Source: a virus
Lineage: Duplodnaviria > Caudoviricetes
IMG/VR virus record: IMGVR_UViG_3300027708_000015
Length of the DNA stretch: 64,000 nucleotides
Reading direction: 5' to 3' (one strand)
Below are positions 55,511 through 64,000 of this stretch, piece after piece. The translations under genes and the position numbers were made by a program. Position 1 is the stretch's first letter, and every line of letters starts with the position of its first letter. The notes beneath the pieces are model-generated. The model made no database searches and was not told the DNA's origin. It saw only the letters and a list, made by a program, of their open reading frames with translations.

Positions 55511-56506
55511 ATGGCAGCTGGACAAGGTTCAAAAATACAAGATACTGACTATAATACTATTCAGGCAATAGTATATAATATTTTATACAATGTATATGGC
55601 CAGAGAGATCTAAATACAGTAACACTCAACGGCGGAACAGGCCAAGTAACAAATTCTACAAATTTTAGATCTGATACTCCTACCACTGTTGCGCGAGCCC
55701 CGCAGTGGAATGCTCTTCAAAACGATATAAATCGAATACAACGACACATATACAATACTGTACCTAGTCTTACCACAGACACTACCACTGTCAGTATTGG
55801 TGAAGCTGACAGAGCCGCATATTTAGCCGCTGCCACAGCACTTAATAGTTCGACCATTTGGTATGGATATCCGGCCGATGCAGTCACCCCAGCCACAGTT
55901 GGCGGCACCAATCGAAGTTTAGTCCCAGCACTAAAAACAGCAGTACACATAGTGAATATTCCGTTTGCCAGCACCACCGCTGCCACATATTTTTTCAATG
56001 CAGGTAGTAAAATTACTATAGCATCGTCATTGACCCCTCAAGCATCAGGTCTACCAGGCGACTTTGGAACTCTGAATACTGACTGGGTAAACCTATTGGC
56101 TATTTCAGGAACCTTGTCATTTACTAGGAATACAACAACATGTGACACTTCTCCCAGTTATGTAACTAATACAAATTTTGGATTTGTCGATGTAACCAGT
56201 TCAGAGACTACCATTTTTACTAGAAACATTGCTGACAATCTGTATACTGGCGGAAGTGCTGACAGGTATTATATAACTGTAAAATATGTGGGATCGACAT
56301 TGACATTTACTAGTTATTTCACCAATACATATACTAGTACAGGTTATGCTACGCCTGGATCAACTCAACCCAGTCCTGCAGTGAACTATCCAATAACTGG
56401 GACGTTGTACAACACTGTTACTGCCTACTATGCAACTGGATCAAATGTATCAGTCAGCGGATATTATCCTGCTGCCAATATTACAGATACATTCAACGTT
56501 GTTTAA
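55511..56506 (+). CDS. Virion structural protein (paralog B)
   Basis: 331 aa; same motifs as paralog A; GAGGA RBS. Confidence 0.65.
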   Translation: MAAGQGSKIQDTDYNTIQAIVYNILYNVYGQRDLNTVTLNGGTGQVTNSTNFRSDTPTTVARAPQWNALQNDINRIQRHIYNTVPSLTTDTTTVSIGEADRAAYLAAATALNSSTIWYGYPADAVTPATVGGTNRSLVPALKTAVHIVNIPFASTTAATYFFNAGSKITIASSLTPQASGLPGDFGTLNTDWVNLLAISGTLSFTRNTTTCDTSPSYVTNTNFGFVDVTSSETTIFTRNIADNLYTGGSADRYYITVKYVGSTLTFTSYFTNTYTSTGYATPGSTQPSPAVNYPITGTLYNTVTAYYATGSNVSVSGYYPAANITDTFNVV

Positions 56507-56529
56507 TCAAATTAATTAATTCTAATCGC

Positions 56530-56558
56530 TTGACAAGCTAATTACTATAGTGTAACAT
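56530..56558 (+). promoter_or_regulatory. Sigma70-type promoter for the glycosyltransferase-like cluster
   Basis: TTGACA (56530-56535), 17 nt, TAACAT (56553-56558); GGAG RBS before ATG 56579. Confidence 0.65.
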
Positions 56559-56578
56559 AGTACATTACGGAGTCATTC

Positions 56579-56929
56579 ATGGACGAGAGAATTGAAAAAG
56601 CATTTGCGGTAGCCAACTATTCAGCTACCTTATCAAATCAACGAAGAATTATTTCAGAGGAATATCAGCAAAAACTGGTATACTATGCCAATGGCGCAAC
56701 ATTCAAAGTTTCTCCAGACCTAATTGCATTTATCAAAACAGTTCTAGATTTGGGGCACACATCAGATATACCATTTTTAGATGCTAATAATTTTCCTGTA
56801 GTTATTGAAAACGTTCAGGAATTTTTAGATAATATAGTTTCTGTATACTTTGAAGCTCTAAACGAATACACAGTAAAATATTCAGAGATCAAAAAGAAAA
56901 GAAAGATAGCTGACATAGTTGAACTATGA
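56579..56929 (+). CDS. Hypothetical protein, first gene of the GT cluster
   Basis: 116 aa; ATGA overlap with the next gene. Confidence 0.7.
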   Translation: MDERIEKAFAVANYSATLSNQRRIISEEYQQKLVYYANGATFKVSPDLIAFIKTVLDLGHTSDIPFLDANNFPVVIENVQEFLDNIVSVYFEALNEYTVKYSEIKKKRKIADIVEL

Positions 56930-57774
56930 CCACAGGTGCATTGATATTCGCCCAGAATAACAAAGTTGTTGACTATGTCAAACTGGCAGTATTTGCGGCT
57001 AGTCGTGTTGACCAATACTTGGGCATCCCTGTTAGTCTAGTAACAGATGATAGCATTTGGCTAGAAAAAAATTATCCCGACCACAAATTCAGCTCTGTTA
57101 TTCAACTAGAGCATGCCACTATGGCGCAGAGCAGAAGATTTAATGATGGTACTATAGCAAGTAATTTTGTTGAATGGAAAAATTGGACACGGAGTCAAGT
57201 TTATGATCTTACGCCCTACGATCGCACACTGGTACTAGACAGCGATTATGTTTTAAATTCTAAAGTATTAAAAACTGCACTAGACAATGATCACGATTTT
57301 CAAATATATCGTGACAGTTTCGATCTGGCACTAGAAAGAGATACTAGAGATTTTGTTCGTATCAATCCTTACAGTGTTCCTTTCTATTGGGCCACAGTTT
57401 TTATATTCAATAAAACAGCGTTAACAGAAAGTTTCTTTGTGTTAGTAGAGTATATAAAAAACAATTGGATTTATTTTAGGACCTTGTACAATATCAATGC
57501 GCAGACGTATAGAAACGATTTTGCATTCAGCATTGCAATACACATAATGAATGGAAAAACAGCAGGCGATTTTGCTACAGAACTTCCGGGGAAAATGGTT
57601 TATATCAGTGATCGTGATTTGTTGCTAGATGCCAAAGAAGATAAAATGAATTTTCTAGTACAGAAGCATAAATTTTATGGTGAATATACTGCTGTTAAAA
57701 CTTCAGGCATTGATATTCATGTTATGAATAAATTCAGTCTAAGTAGATATATTTCTGGGGAATCTGGTGTCTAA
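56926..57774 (+). CDS. GT-A fold nucleotide-diphospho-sugar transferase-like protein (GT8-like)
   Basis: VDYVKLAVFAA, YDLTPYDRTLVLDSDY (DxD), FYWATVFIF, YRNDFAFSIA. Confidence 0.7.
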   Translation: MTTGALIFAQNNKVVDYVKLAVFAASRVDQYLGIPVSLVTDDSIWLEKNYPDHKFSSVIQLEHATMAQSRRFNDGTIASNFVEWKNWTRSQVYDLTPYDRTLVLDSDYVLNSKVLKTALDNDHDFQIYRDSFDLALERDTRDFVRINPYSVPFYWATVFIFNKTALTESFFVLVEYIKNNWIYFRTLYNINAQTYRNDFAFSIAIHIMNGKTAGDFATELPGKMVYISDRDLLLDAKEDKMNFLVQKHKFYGEYTAVKTSGIDIHVMNKFSLSRYISGESGV

Positions 57775-58606
57775 AGGATTTGTCGTATTTGCACAAAACA
57801 CACAAAAGACAGACTATGTCAAACAGGCCTATGCACTGGCATTGAGTATCAAACACAGTCAATCTACAACAACTTTGGTATCAATAGTTACTAATGATCC
57901 TGTTCCTAAAAAATATCACAAAGTATTCGATCAAATAATTCCTATTCCCTGGTTCACAACAGCAGGTGATAGTCCGTTGGCCGCGGAGCATCGTTGGAAA
58001 TTATATCACTGTACTCCGTATGACGAGACAATTGTATTAGACACTGATATGCTGTTGCTAGAAGATATTTCAGAATGGTGGCATTATTGTAGGAATTATG
58101 ATGTTAAATTTTGCTCACGTATAAAGAATCACAAACTTGATTCAGTAGTTGACAACATACACAGAAAAGCATTTGTAGCGAACAAACTTACTAATCCTTA
58201 TTATGCTCTACACTATTTCAAGAAGAATGATAAAGCATTGGAATTTTATCGTGTGCTAGAATTTGTATGCAACAATTGGCAATGGTGTTGGACTACGTTT
58301 GCTCCCGACTTTTACCAAAATTGGTTAAGTATGGATCTAGCTGTGGCTGTGACAATTGAAATCGTAGGAGAGTATAATTACACAGTTGACTCGTGTAGTC
58401 CTTTAGAATTTATACACATGAAAATCCCATTGCAAGATTGGCCTGCTAGTGCAGACAGATGGCAGGATACAGTACCTTGGATTTTAAATAATCAAGGGGA
58501 GCTGATAGTTTCTAATATTAAACAAACTAAATTATTTCACTATGTGGAAAAAGACTTTGTAACAGCGTCTATACTGAAGCAATTGGAAAAACTAAATCAT
58601 GTCTAG
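57767..58606 (+). CDS. GT-A fold nucleotide-diphospho-sugar transferase-like protein (paralog of the preceding gene)
   Basis: TDYVKQAYALALSIK, YHCTPYDETIVLDTDML (DxD), ALHYFKK, SMDLAVAV, FIHMK. Confidence 0.7.
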   Translation: MSKGFVVFAQNTQKTDYVKQAYALALSIKHSQSTTTLVSIVTNDPVPKKYHKVFDQIIPIPWFTTAGDSPLAAEHRWKLYHCTPYDETIVLDTDMLLLEDISEWWHYCRNYDVKFCSRIKNHKLDSVVDNIHRKAFVANKLTNPYYALHYFKKNDKALEFYRVLEFVCNNWQWCWTTFAPDFYQNWLSMDLAVAVTIEIVGEYNYTVDSCSPLEFIHMKIPLQDWPASADRWQDTVPWILNNQGELIVSNIKQTKLFHYVEKDFVTASILKQLEKLNHV

Positions 58607-59189
58607 CAAATACATAATACCTCCAAAACAACAGTATTGGGCTCACTACAATAAGACAACAGGCGTAATCCGCAGTGCATCAAACGAGCCAACCACCCTG
58701 GATGAAGGTAGTATTGAGATTACCTATGACGAATACAAGTTATTTGCTGAAGGTCAGAAAAAATTACATGAGCATATGATAGGTTATGCTAGAACAGTGG
58801 ATGGTACTACACAAAAAACTATAATACAAATAGCCGAACAACTGTATGGATTTAGGAACAATATATTTGAATGGATCAATGAACCTCCTACTCGAAATAC
58901 CGAACTAACAGTGACTTGGAATAGACAAGCAAAAACATGGAATTTTACACTGAGCAAAAAGGCTAAAAAAAGAATAGCCAATGATCTGTTAACTAAGACA
59001 ATATTTTTCATCATGCTTAACAATGATTTTGATTTTTTGATACGCAATATTGTTATAGATGTATCTGAGTTGGTAGAGAAAGAAAGTATAACAGTGCCGT
59101 TTGAAAGCAAGATAGAAACAAATATTGAAAAGATCTCAGTGTCGTGCCAGATATTATTTCAAGGTTATGGATTAAAAATAAATGGATAA
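58599..59189 (+). CDS. Hypothetical protein within the GT cluster
   Basis: 196 aa, overlapping both neighbours; no motif recognised. Confidence 0.65.
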   Translation: MSSKYIIPPKQQYWAHYNKTTGVIRSASNEPTTLDEGSIEITYDEYKLFAEGQKKLHEHMIGYARTVDGTTQKTIIQIAEQLYGFRNNIFEWINEPPTRNTELTVTWNRQAKTWNFTLSKKAKKRIANDLLTKTIFFIMLNNDFDFLIRNIVIDVSELVEKESITVPFESKIETNIEKISVSCQILFQGYGLKING

Positions 59190-60078
59190 AATTAAAATTA
59201 TAGAACAAGATATTATTTTTCTCAGCTATGACGAACCTAATGCTGAAAAAAATTATGCAGATTTATTAGCCAAAGTGCCATGGGCTAAACGTGTACACGG
59301 AGTTAAAGGTAGTGATGCCGCCCACAAAGCCTGCGCCAAACTAAGCGAAACAGAATACTTTGTTACTGTAGACGCAGATAACATTGTAGATCCCAAGTTT
59401 TTAGAAGTAGAAATTGATCTGGATGAATTGGGTCTGACTAAGGAAAATGTTTTCAGTTGGTGCGGCAAGATTCATGTCAATGGACTCATGTATGGTAACG
59501 GTGGCCTTAAACTATGGACACGTAAGTTTGTTAACGAAATGCGCACTCACGAAAATTCTGTAGTAGATGATGTAAAGGGTAGAGTAGAATTTTGTTTTGA
59601 TGATCGTTACTATCAATTCAATGACAATTATTCAGAGAGCTATACCAATGCAACACCATTTCAAGCATGGCGGGCAGGATTCCGTGAAGGTGTTAAGATG
59701 AGTCTTAATCAGGGAATAAAAACAAATGATGTAAAAAAAGTGTGGTGGCAAAATTATCATAGGCTACTTGTTTGGTGCACAGTTGGAGCAGATGTTGAAC
59801 ATGGTGTTTGGTCAATATTGGGAGCAAGAGAAGGGTGTTACATGACCATGTTTACAGATTGGGATTATGCCAATGTTAGAGATTTTGAATGGTTGACAAA
59901 TCATTGGGAAACTACTCATGAGCAAGCAGAGCCAGAAAAAATTACAGAATATATAAATTTTCTAGGCAAGTATCTTATGAAACATAGTGAGTTAGAAATT
60001 GCCAACCTAGATCCAGCCGGTAGTAAGTTCTTCAAGACAGTGTATCAAAACACTCCTAGGATTTTAAGAAGAAGATAA
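59182..60078 (+). CDS. GT-A fold glycosyltransferase-like protein
   Basis: DIIFLSYDEPNAEKNY, RVHGVKGSDAAHKA, FVTVDADN (DxD), YGNGGLKLW, FQAWRAGFREGVK. Confidence 0.65.
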   Translation: MDKIKIIEQDIIFLSYDEPNAEKNYADLLAKVPWAKRVHGVKGSDAAHKACAKLSETEYFVTVDADNIVDPKFLEVEIDLDELGLTKENVFSWCGKIHVNGLMYGNGGLKLWTRKFVNEMRTHENSVVDDVKGRVEFCFDDRYYQFNDNYSESYTNATPFQAWRAGFREGVKMSLNQGIKTNDVKKVWWQNYHRLLVWCTVGADVEHGVWSILGAREGCYMTMFTDWDYANVRDFEWLTNHWETTHEQAEPEKITEYINFLGKYLMKHSELEIANLDPAGSKFFKTVYQNTPRILRRR

Positions 60079-60758
60079 TGTACGACATAGTATTCATATC
60101 TTATAACGAACCTGATGCAGAAGAAAATTTTGCCAGTCTAAAGGCACGATTTCCTAGAGTCAAACGTGTCAGCGGAGTTAAGGGAATTCATCAAGCACAC
60201 ATAGCTGCCGCCAAGAAATGCTTTACTCGTATGTTTTGGGTAGTGGATGGCGATGCTGTTATTCTAAATGATTTTAATTTTGATTATAAAGTACCCGATG
60301 ACGAGTTAGATGTAGTTCATGTTTGGCGCAGTATAAATCCTATTAATAGTTTGAGTTATGGATACGGTGGTGCAAAACTTCTACCAAAACAATTAACCAT
60401 CAATATGGATACAACTACTACTGACATGACCATGAGCATTAGCAGTAAGTTTAAAGCAATGCCAGAGATCAGTAATATCACAGCATTTAATACAGATGCA
60501 TACAGTACCTGGCGTAGCGCCTTTAGAGAGTGTTGTAAACTAGCAGTAATTAACAATGAAGAATCGTTAGCTAGATTAGACGTATGGTGCCAACTAAATG
60601 ACTCTGCTCCTTATGGATTTTATGCCTATTCAGGCGCACTTGTGGGGCAAGCATACGGTGAAAAAAATGCCTCCGATAAAGAGGCATTATCTAAGATAAA
60701 TGATTTTACTTGGCTAGAAGCTCTGTGGCTAGCGGAAAAATCTCAGCTATCACTTTAG
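60078..60758 (+). CDS. GT-A fold glycosyltransferase-like protein (paralog of the preceding gene)
   Basis: DIVFISYNEPDAEENF, RVSGVKGIHQAHIAAA, FWVVDGDA (DxD), YGYGGAKLL, YSTWRSAFRECCK. Confidence 0.65.
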   Translation: MYDIVFISYNEPDAEENFASLKARFPRVKRVSGVKGIHQAHIAAAKKCFTRMFWVVDGDAVILNDFNFDYKVPDDELDVVHVWRSINPINSLSYGYGGAKLLPKQLTINMDTTTTDMTMSISSKFKAMPEISNITAFNTDAYSTWRSAFRECCKLAVINNEESLARLDVWCQLNDSAPYGFYAYSGALVGQAYGEKNASDKEALSKINDFTWLEALWLAEKSQLSL

Positions 60759-61374
60759 CACAAGCAATGGCAACTTCTTGATGCTCTTTCTGTGTACCAT
60801 TAGCACTACGCAATTCAATAAAGTGAATCCAACTACGCAGTGTTCCGTTCATATATAACCGACTTTCAATAAGCCCTTCTGGTAAGACAGCACGAGCTTG
60901 TTCCTTTGCTATACCATTAGCGATAGCCCACTCGTACTCTCTTTGTGCGGCATATATAACTCTTTTTTGAGCACGTTCCCATTCGTTCTGTAGCAGTTGA
61001 TCTTCGACTGGGATACTGTTTTGTCTATTGGCAGTGTCTTGGAGTCGTGCTTCTCGCAATACAAACGACAGGTCTTTAGTAGGATCAGCATATCGCTGAC
61101 TGAATTCTTGAAAGCTGAAGCTACGATGTCTGAGGATCTGTCGTGCAATATCTCTGGTGGTGGTAATTTCGATACAGGCGGAGACCATTTCGAGTGGGCT
61201 CCAGTGTTGGTGTTTGACCAAGTATCTGATGAGTTTGTCGGATGTTTCTGTGTTAAGTTGATTGCTTGGATTGGACACACGGGCGCAATACGCAATGAGT
61301 TCCTGTGCATCTTCAATGCCAATATCTGCGAATTCCTGTGTGGGTTGGGAGTAACTGAGTAATCGAACATGCAT
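60706..61374 (-). CDS. thyX: Flavin-dependent thymidylate synthase
   Basis: HQHWSPLEM, RQILRHRSFSFQEFSQRY (RHRx7S motif), KEQARAVLP, MNGTLRSWIHF, QKEH. Confidence 0.95.
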   Translation of the reverse strand: MHVRLLSYSQPTQEFADIGIEDAQELIAYCARVSNPSNQLNTETSDKLIRYLVKHQHWSPLEMVSACIEITTTRDIARQILRHRSFSFQEFSQRYADPTKDLSFVLREARLQDTANRQNSIPVEDQLLQNEWERAQKRVIYAAQREYEWAIANGIAKEQARAVLPEGLIESRLYMNGTLRSWIHFIELRSANGTQKEHQEVAIACAKVIAEIFPLATELLAK

Positions 61375-61382
61375 TATTTATA
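61375..61382 (-). promoter_or_regulatory. Perfect TATAAATA box abutting the thyX ATG
   Basis: TATAAATA-ATG with no spacer; overlaps the upstream stop. It may be coincidental. Confidence 0.4.
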
Positions 61383-61701
61383 ACTTCTTTTTCTTTAAAA
61401 ATTGTTGAGTTAGTTTTTCCATATCCTTACGAATACGATCTGTATCTAACTTGAAGTCAACATTATGTATATTGTCTTCATAGTTTTGACACACTTCGGC
61501 TAGATTTTTTTCAAAAGACCCCCATCCCTCACGGCGTGTCTTAGCTGTTATTTTTATTTCCCAAGTTTTACCATCTTTAAAATTGACCAAAACGGTATGG
61601 AGATACCTAAGAGGCATTACATTCAAATATACCTCACCAAATACTTCTGGCCAATGTGCGATAACATCCTTGGGAAGATTTCGTCTTCCCGATTTTGTCA
61701 C
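61378..61701 (-). CDS. Hypothetical protein
   Basis: 107 aa in a tightly packed, coupled minus-strand run. Confidence 0.7.
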   Translation of the reverse strand: MTKSGRRNLPKDVIAHWPEVFGEVYLNVMPLRYLHTVLVNFKDGKTWEIKITAKTRREGWGSFEKNLAEVCQNYEDNIHNVDFKLDTDRIRKDMEKLTQQFLKKKKL

Positions 61702-62315
61702 GCAGTATCTTTAACCGTTTTCTTTACTGTAGGAGCAAGTTCTTCAGCTTTACGACGCATTGCCGCCGCCTGTTTAGCTAGAGCATCTGCTTGACTACGA
61801 TAGTGTTTGGCTTCAGCTTCTGGACTATCAAATGTCAACGGAGCACTGGCTGTGACTGTAGGTGCTACTGAAGCTTCCAATACTGGTGCTTTGGTTACAT
61901 CAGCATCTTTGCTAGGAATATTGGAATCTTTCATAGCTAGATCATCTACTGCTACACCACGTTGTTCAGCAATAATTTGATTCAATTCGGATAGTGCAAT
62001 AGCAACACCCGGAGTCGGAGTCATCTCAATATTGCTAGTGGGAGCCTTGATCAAACGACCCGATGCGTGTAACGCTGGCAACATAGTCGATCCATCTGGG
62101 AACTGTGTGCGAGCCAATGCGTCTGCAAATTCAGTTGCATCCTGACCGGTTCCACTTTCGACCAAATTAATAATGGCGTCATGATAAATGTCAGGTAAAT
62201 TCTCTGTTGGGATAATCAAGCAACTATACGCATCACCTGGTAATGTACGATACGCCACTATACATTTTTTATTAGTGGCTTTGACACGTGCCACGTGTTT
62301 GAGTTCTTTAGCCAT
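61698..62315 (-). CDS. Hypothetical protein with C-terminal helical/low-complexity tail
   Basis: 205 aa; GGAG RBS-like sequence; ATGA overlap with the downstream gene. Confidence 0.7.
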   Translation of the reverse strand: MAKELKHVARVKATNKKCIVAYRTLPGDAYSCLIIPTENLPDIYHDAIINLVESGTGQDATEFADALARTQFPDGSTMLPALHASGRLIKAPTSNIEMTPTPGVAIALSELNQIIAEQRGVAVDDLAMKDSNIPSKDADVTKAPVLEASVAPTVTASAPLTFDSPEAEAKHYRSQADALAKQAAAMRRKAEELAPTVKKTVKDTA

Positions 62316-62316
62316 A

Positions 62317-62574
62317 TTATGCTCCGGTAGCAGGTGCTGTAGCAGGTGCTGGTTGTTGTGTTCCGTCGGCGGGTTGTTGTTTAGCGACCAGTTCTAAGAA
62401 TGCTGTCAACTTGTTGTAAGTTTGGCCAACTGCAACCATTTCATTGGGTTTGAATGCGCCACGTGAGCTAGCAATATCAATAATAACTTTCATGGCGTTA
62501 AGATCGTTAATAGTTAGATCTGTGCCAGAAGCTGTTGGATCTGCTTGCTGTGGTGTTTGTGCTGTATCAGTCAT
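62317..62574 (-). CDS. Small helical hypothetical protein
   Basis: 85 aa; AAGGAG RBS; core LTINDLNAMKVIIDIASSRGAFKPNEMVAVGQTYNKL. Confidence 0.75.
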   Translation of the reverse strand: MTDTAQTPQQADPTASGTDLTINDLNAMKVIIDIASSRGAFKPNEMVAVGQTYNKLTAFLELVAKQQPADGTQQPAPATAPATGA

Positions 62575-62607
62575 GGTATCTCCTTAATATAATCTGTACG
62601 TATATAA

Positions 62608-62895
62608 TTATCTCTGTGATAAATGTGGACAGGCAATCGTGAAAAAACTTAATTCTTTTTCACTTTCAAAACCTATCTGTGTATTGTATACAATAGTGTT
62701 GGTGTTGTCTAAAGCAATTCCTTGCCCTATATAGTACCTATTATTTAAATGATGTCGTATCCATAGATCTATGGATTTGAGCATTGTTGGATTGTATCGA
62801 TCCAAGTATGTGTACTTGAAATGCGGACAGGCAAATTCAACCCTCCGTAGACCAAAATAGTTTAGAGGATTTGGTTTGCCTGTCTTCAGTGCCAT
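62608..62895 (-). CDS. Hypothetical protein
   Basis: 95 aa; TAATG-coupled to the vWA gene. Confidence 0.7.
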   Translation of the reverse strand: MALKTGKPNPLNYFGLRRVEFACPHFKYTYLDRYNPTMLKSIDLWIRHHLNNRYYIGQGIALDNTNTIVYNTQIGFESEKELSFFTIACPHLSQR

Positions 62896-64000
62896 TACAC
62901 TGATACCTTAGCTTGTTCGTAATAAGCATATTCTCCAAAAGGTGGAACAATCTTATCATTGCCGTGGATGATGAATACTGTGTCGCAGTAATTTTCATCA
63001 CCCCAACTGCCCCAGGGGTAACCGTCTGTGAACATGATAAACTTCTTAGGCTGAATGTCGTGTTCTTTCATGTAGTCCCAGTTGACATCAAATTCAGTAC
63101 CACCACCGCCCATTGGTTCGTAGTGATCGAACTCGTCCATGGAGTATCCGTCAAAATCTGCTTCGTTGTATACACTAGTATCAAAGCACCATACTTTAAT
63201 TTTAAAGTCTTGGTACTCCTGCATAATACCTTTGATCTCACTCAAGAAATCTTTGGCTTGCTCGTCACCGATTGATCCTGACATGTCAATACTTACACAG
63301 ATGTCAATAGTCTCTTGGAATTGTGTGCCGGGTAATACTGCACCAATGTGCCAACCTTTACGGTTAGGGCGCATAAAAGAATAATCGTTCTTGATAATAC
63401 TTTGTATTTGTTGACGAAGAATTTCACGCCAATTCATCTTTGGCTCTGTTAATTCTTTGATCATACGTTGTATACTAGCAGGAGTGTTACCAGCGCCTGC
63501 GGCCTGTGCGGCCTGAATAGTAGCTTCACGCATTTCGTCACGGATTTCTTTTAATTCTTCTTTAGTATAGCTGGGACGACCGTCCTTGCCTTCTGAACCC
63601 CAGTCGATATGTTCATCAAGCAGTTGACCCAATGCTTCAAGTTGTTTCTTATCCATTTCATCAAAAATACGATCATACACTTCTTCTGCACCCATACCGT
63701 AGTATTTGGCATCGTGAAAGATTTTGATATCTGGAATTTGATGATCACCAATATGATCTCGGACCAATTGTCCATTTACACAGTAGTCAGCGGCAATGTT
63801 AAAAATCTGGGGATCACGGCCTTCGCGACGCCCCATGTGATCAAACACATTGTGTAGGATTTCATGTGCAATTACAAACTCTACTTGTTTGACAGTAAGT
63901 TTTTCGAAAAACTCACGACAGAAGAAGATATGGCGTCCGTCAGTTGCGGCAGTAGGTAACCATTTTTCTGCTTCTTGTATTTTTAGGCGTGTAGCCATAT
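62895..64000 (-). CDS. Metallopeptidase-like (HExxH) plus vWA domain protein (DUF2201-type); probably 5'-truncated
   Basis: TAATDG, AHEILH, NIAADYCVN, MIDAS-like SIDMSGS, WCFDT, GGGGTEF. The frame stays open to the window edge. Confidence 0.85.
   Translation of the reverse strand, partial: MATRLKIQEAEKWLPTAATDGRHIFFCREFFEKLTVKQVEFVIAHEILHNVFDHMGRREGRDPQIFNIAADYCVNGQLVRDHIGDHQIPDIKIFHDAKYYGMGAEEVYDRIFDEMDKKQLEALGQLLDEHIDWGSEGKDGRPSYTKEELKEIRDEMREATIQAAQAAGAGNTPASIQRMIKELTEPKMNWREILRQQIQSIIKNDYSFMRPNRKGWHIGAVLPGTQFQETIDICVSIDMSGSIGDEQAKDFLSEIKGIMQEYQDFKIKVWCFDTSVYNEADFDGYSMDEFDHYEPMGGGGTEFDVNWDYMKEHDIQPKKFIMFTDGYPWGSWGDENYCDTVFIIHGNDKIVPPFGEYAYYEQAKVSV

Noticed and set aside
45432-56506. Diversity-generating retroelement acting on fibre tips
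   Set aside because: No reverse transcriptase in the window, and no near-identical template/variable repeat pair differing only at adenines was seen.
60909-61370. 153-aa minus-strand ORF overlapping thyX in another frame
   Set aside because: Lies entirely inside thyX with no recognisable motif. Its ATG is 4 nt into thyX behind the TATAAATA box, but nothing else supports it.
1-64000. Alternative genetic code (stop-codon reassignment), as in some large phages
   Set aside because: Core genes and a 16-kb ORF are intact under the standard code, and all three stops end real genes (TAG at 15577, 58606, 60758; TGA at 16441, 18216, 56929).

Overview
The whole window is part of the genome of a large T4-like (myovirus-type) dsDNA bacteriophage, read with the standard genetic code. 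No host genes, tRNAs, CRISPR arrays or IS elements were seen. 1-13.6 kb (minus strand) holds Thr/Gly-rich virion proteins, the head module (major capsid gp23, scaffold gp22, protease gp21, acidic core protein, portal gp20) and a probable tape measure protein. 13.6-14.7 kb (plus) holds a gp26-like hub chaperone with a probable -1 frameshift extension. 14.7-15.1 kb is a strongly structured non-coding stretch. 15.1-20.2 kb (minus) holds a stand-alone GIY-YIG nuclease, a 2OG-Fe(II) oxygenase, gp46/gp47 (Rad50/Mre11-like) and the late sigma factor gp55. 20.3-56.5 kb (plus) is the baseplate/fibre module, including a 5323-aa gp7-like protein. 56.6-60.8 kb is a cluster of four DxD glycosyltransferase-like genes. 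60.7-64 kb (minus) holds thyX, small hypotheticals and a HExxH-vWA protein. Best leads: (1) a ~430-nt multi-helix element directly behind a minimal GIY-YIG nuclease; (2) a lambda G/GT-like -1 frameshift at the end of gp26; (3) four nested ('Russian-doll') beta-domains in the giant baseplate protein; (4) the glycosyltransferase cluster; (5) back-to-back sigma70/gp55 promoters and apparently leaderless late genes. All protein assignments come from motif recognition and gene order only; no database searches or folding programs were run.
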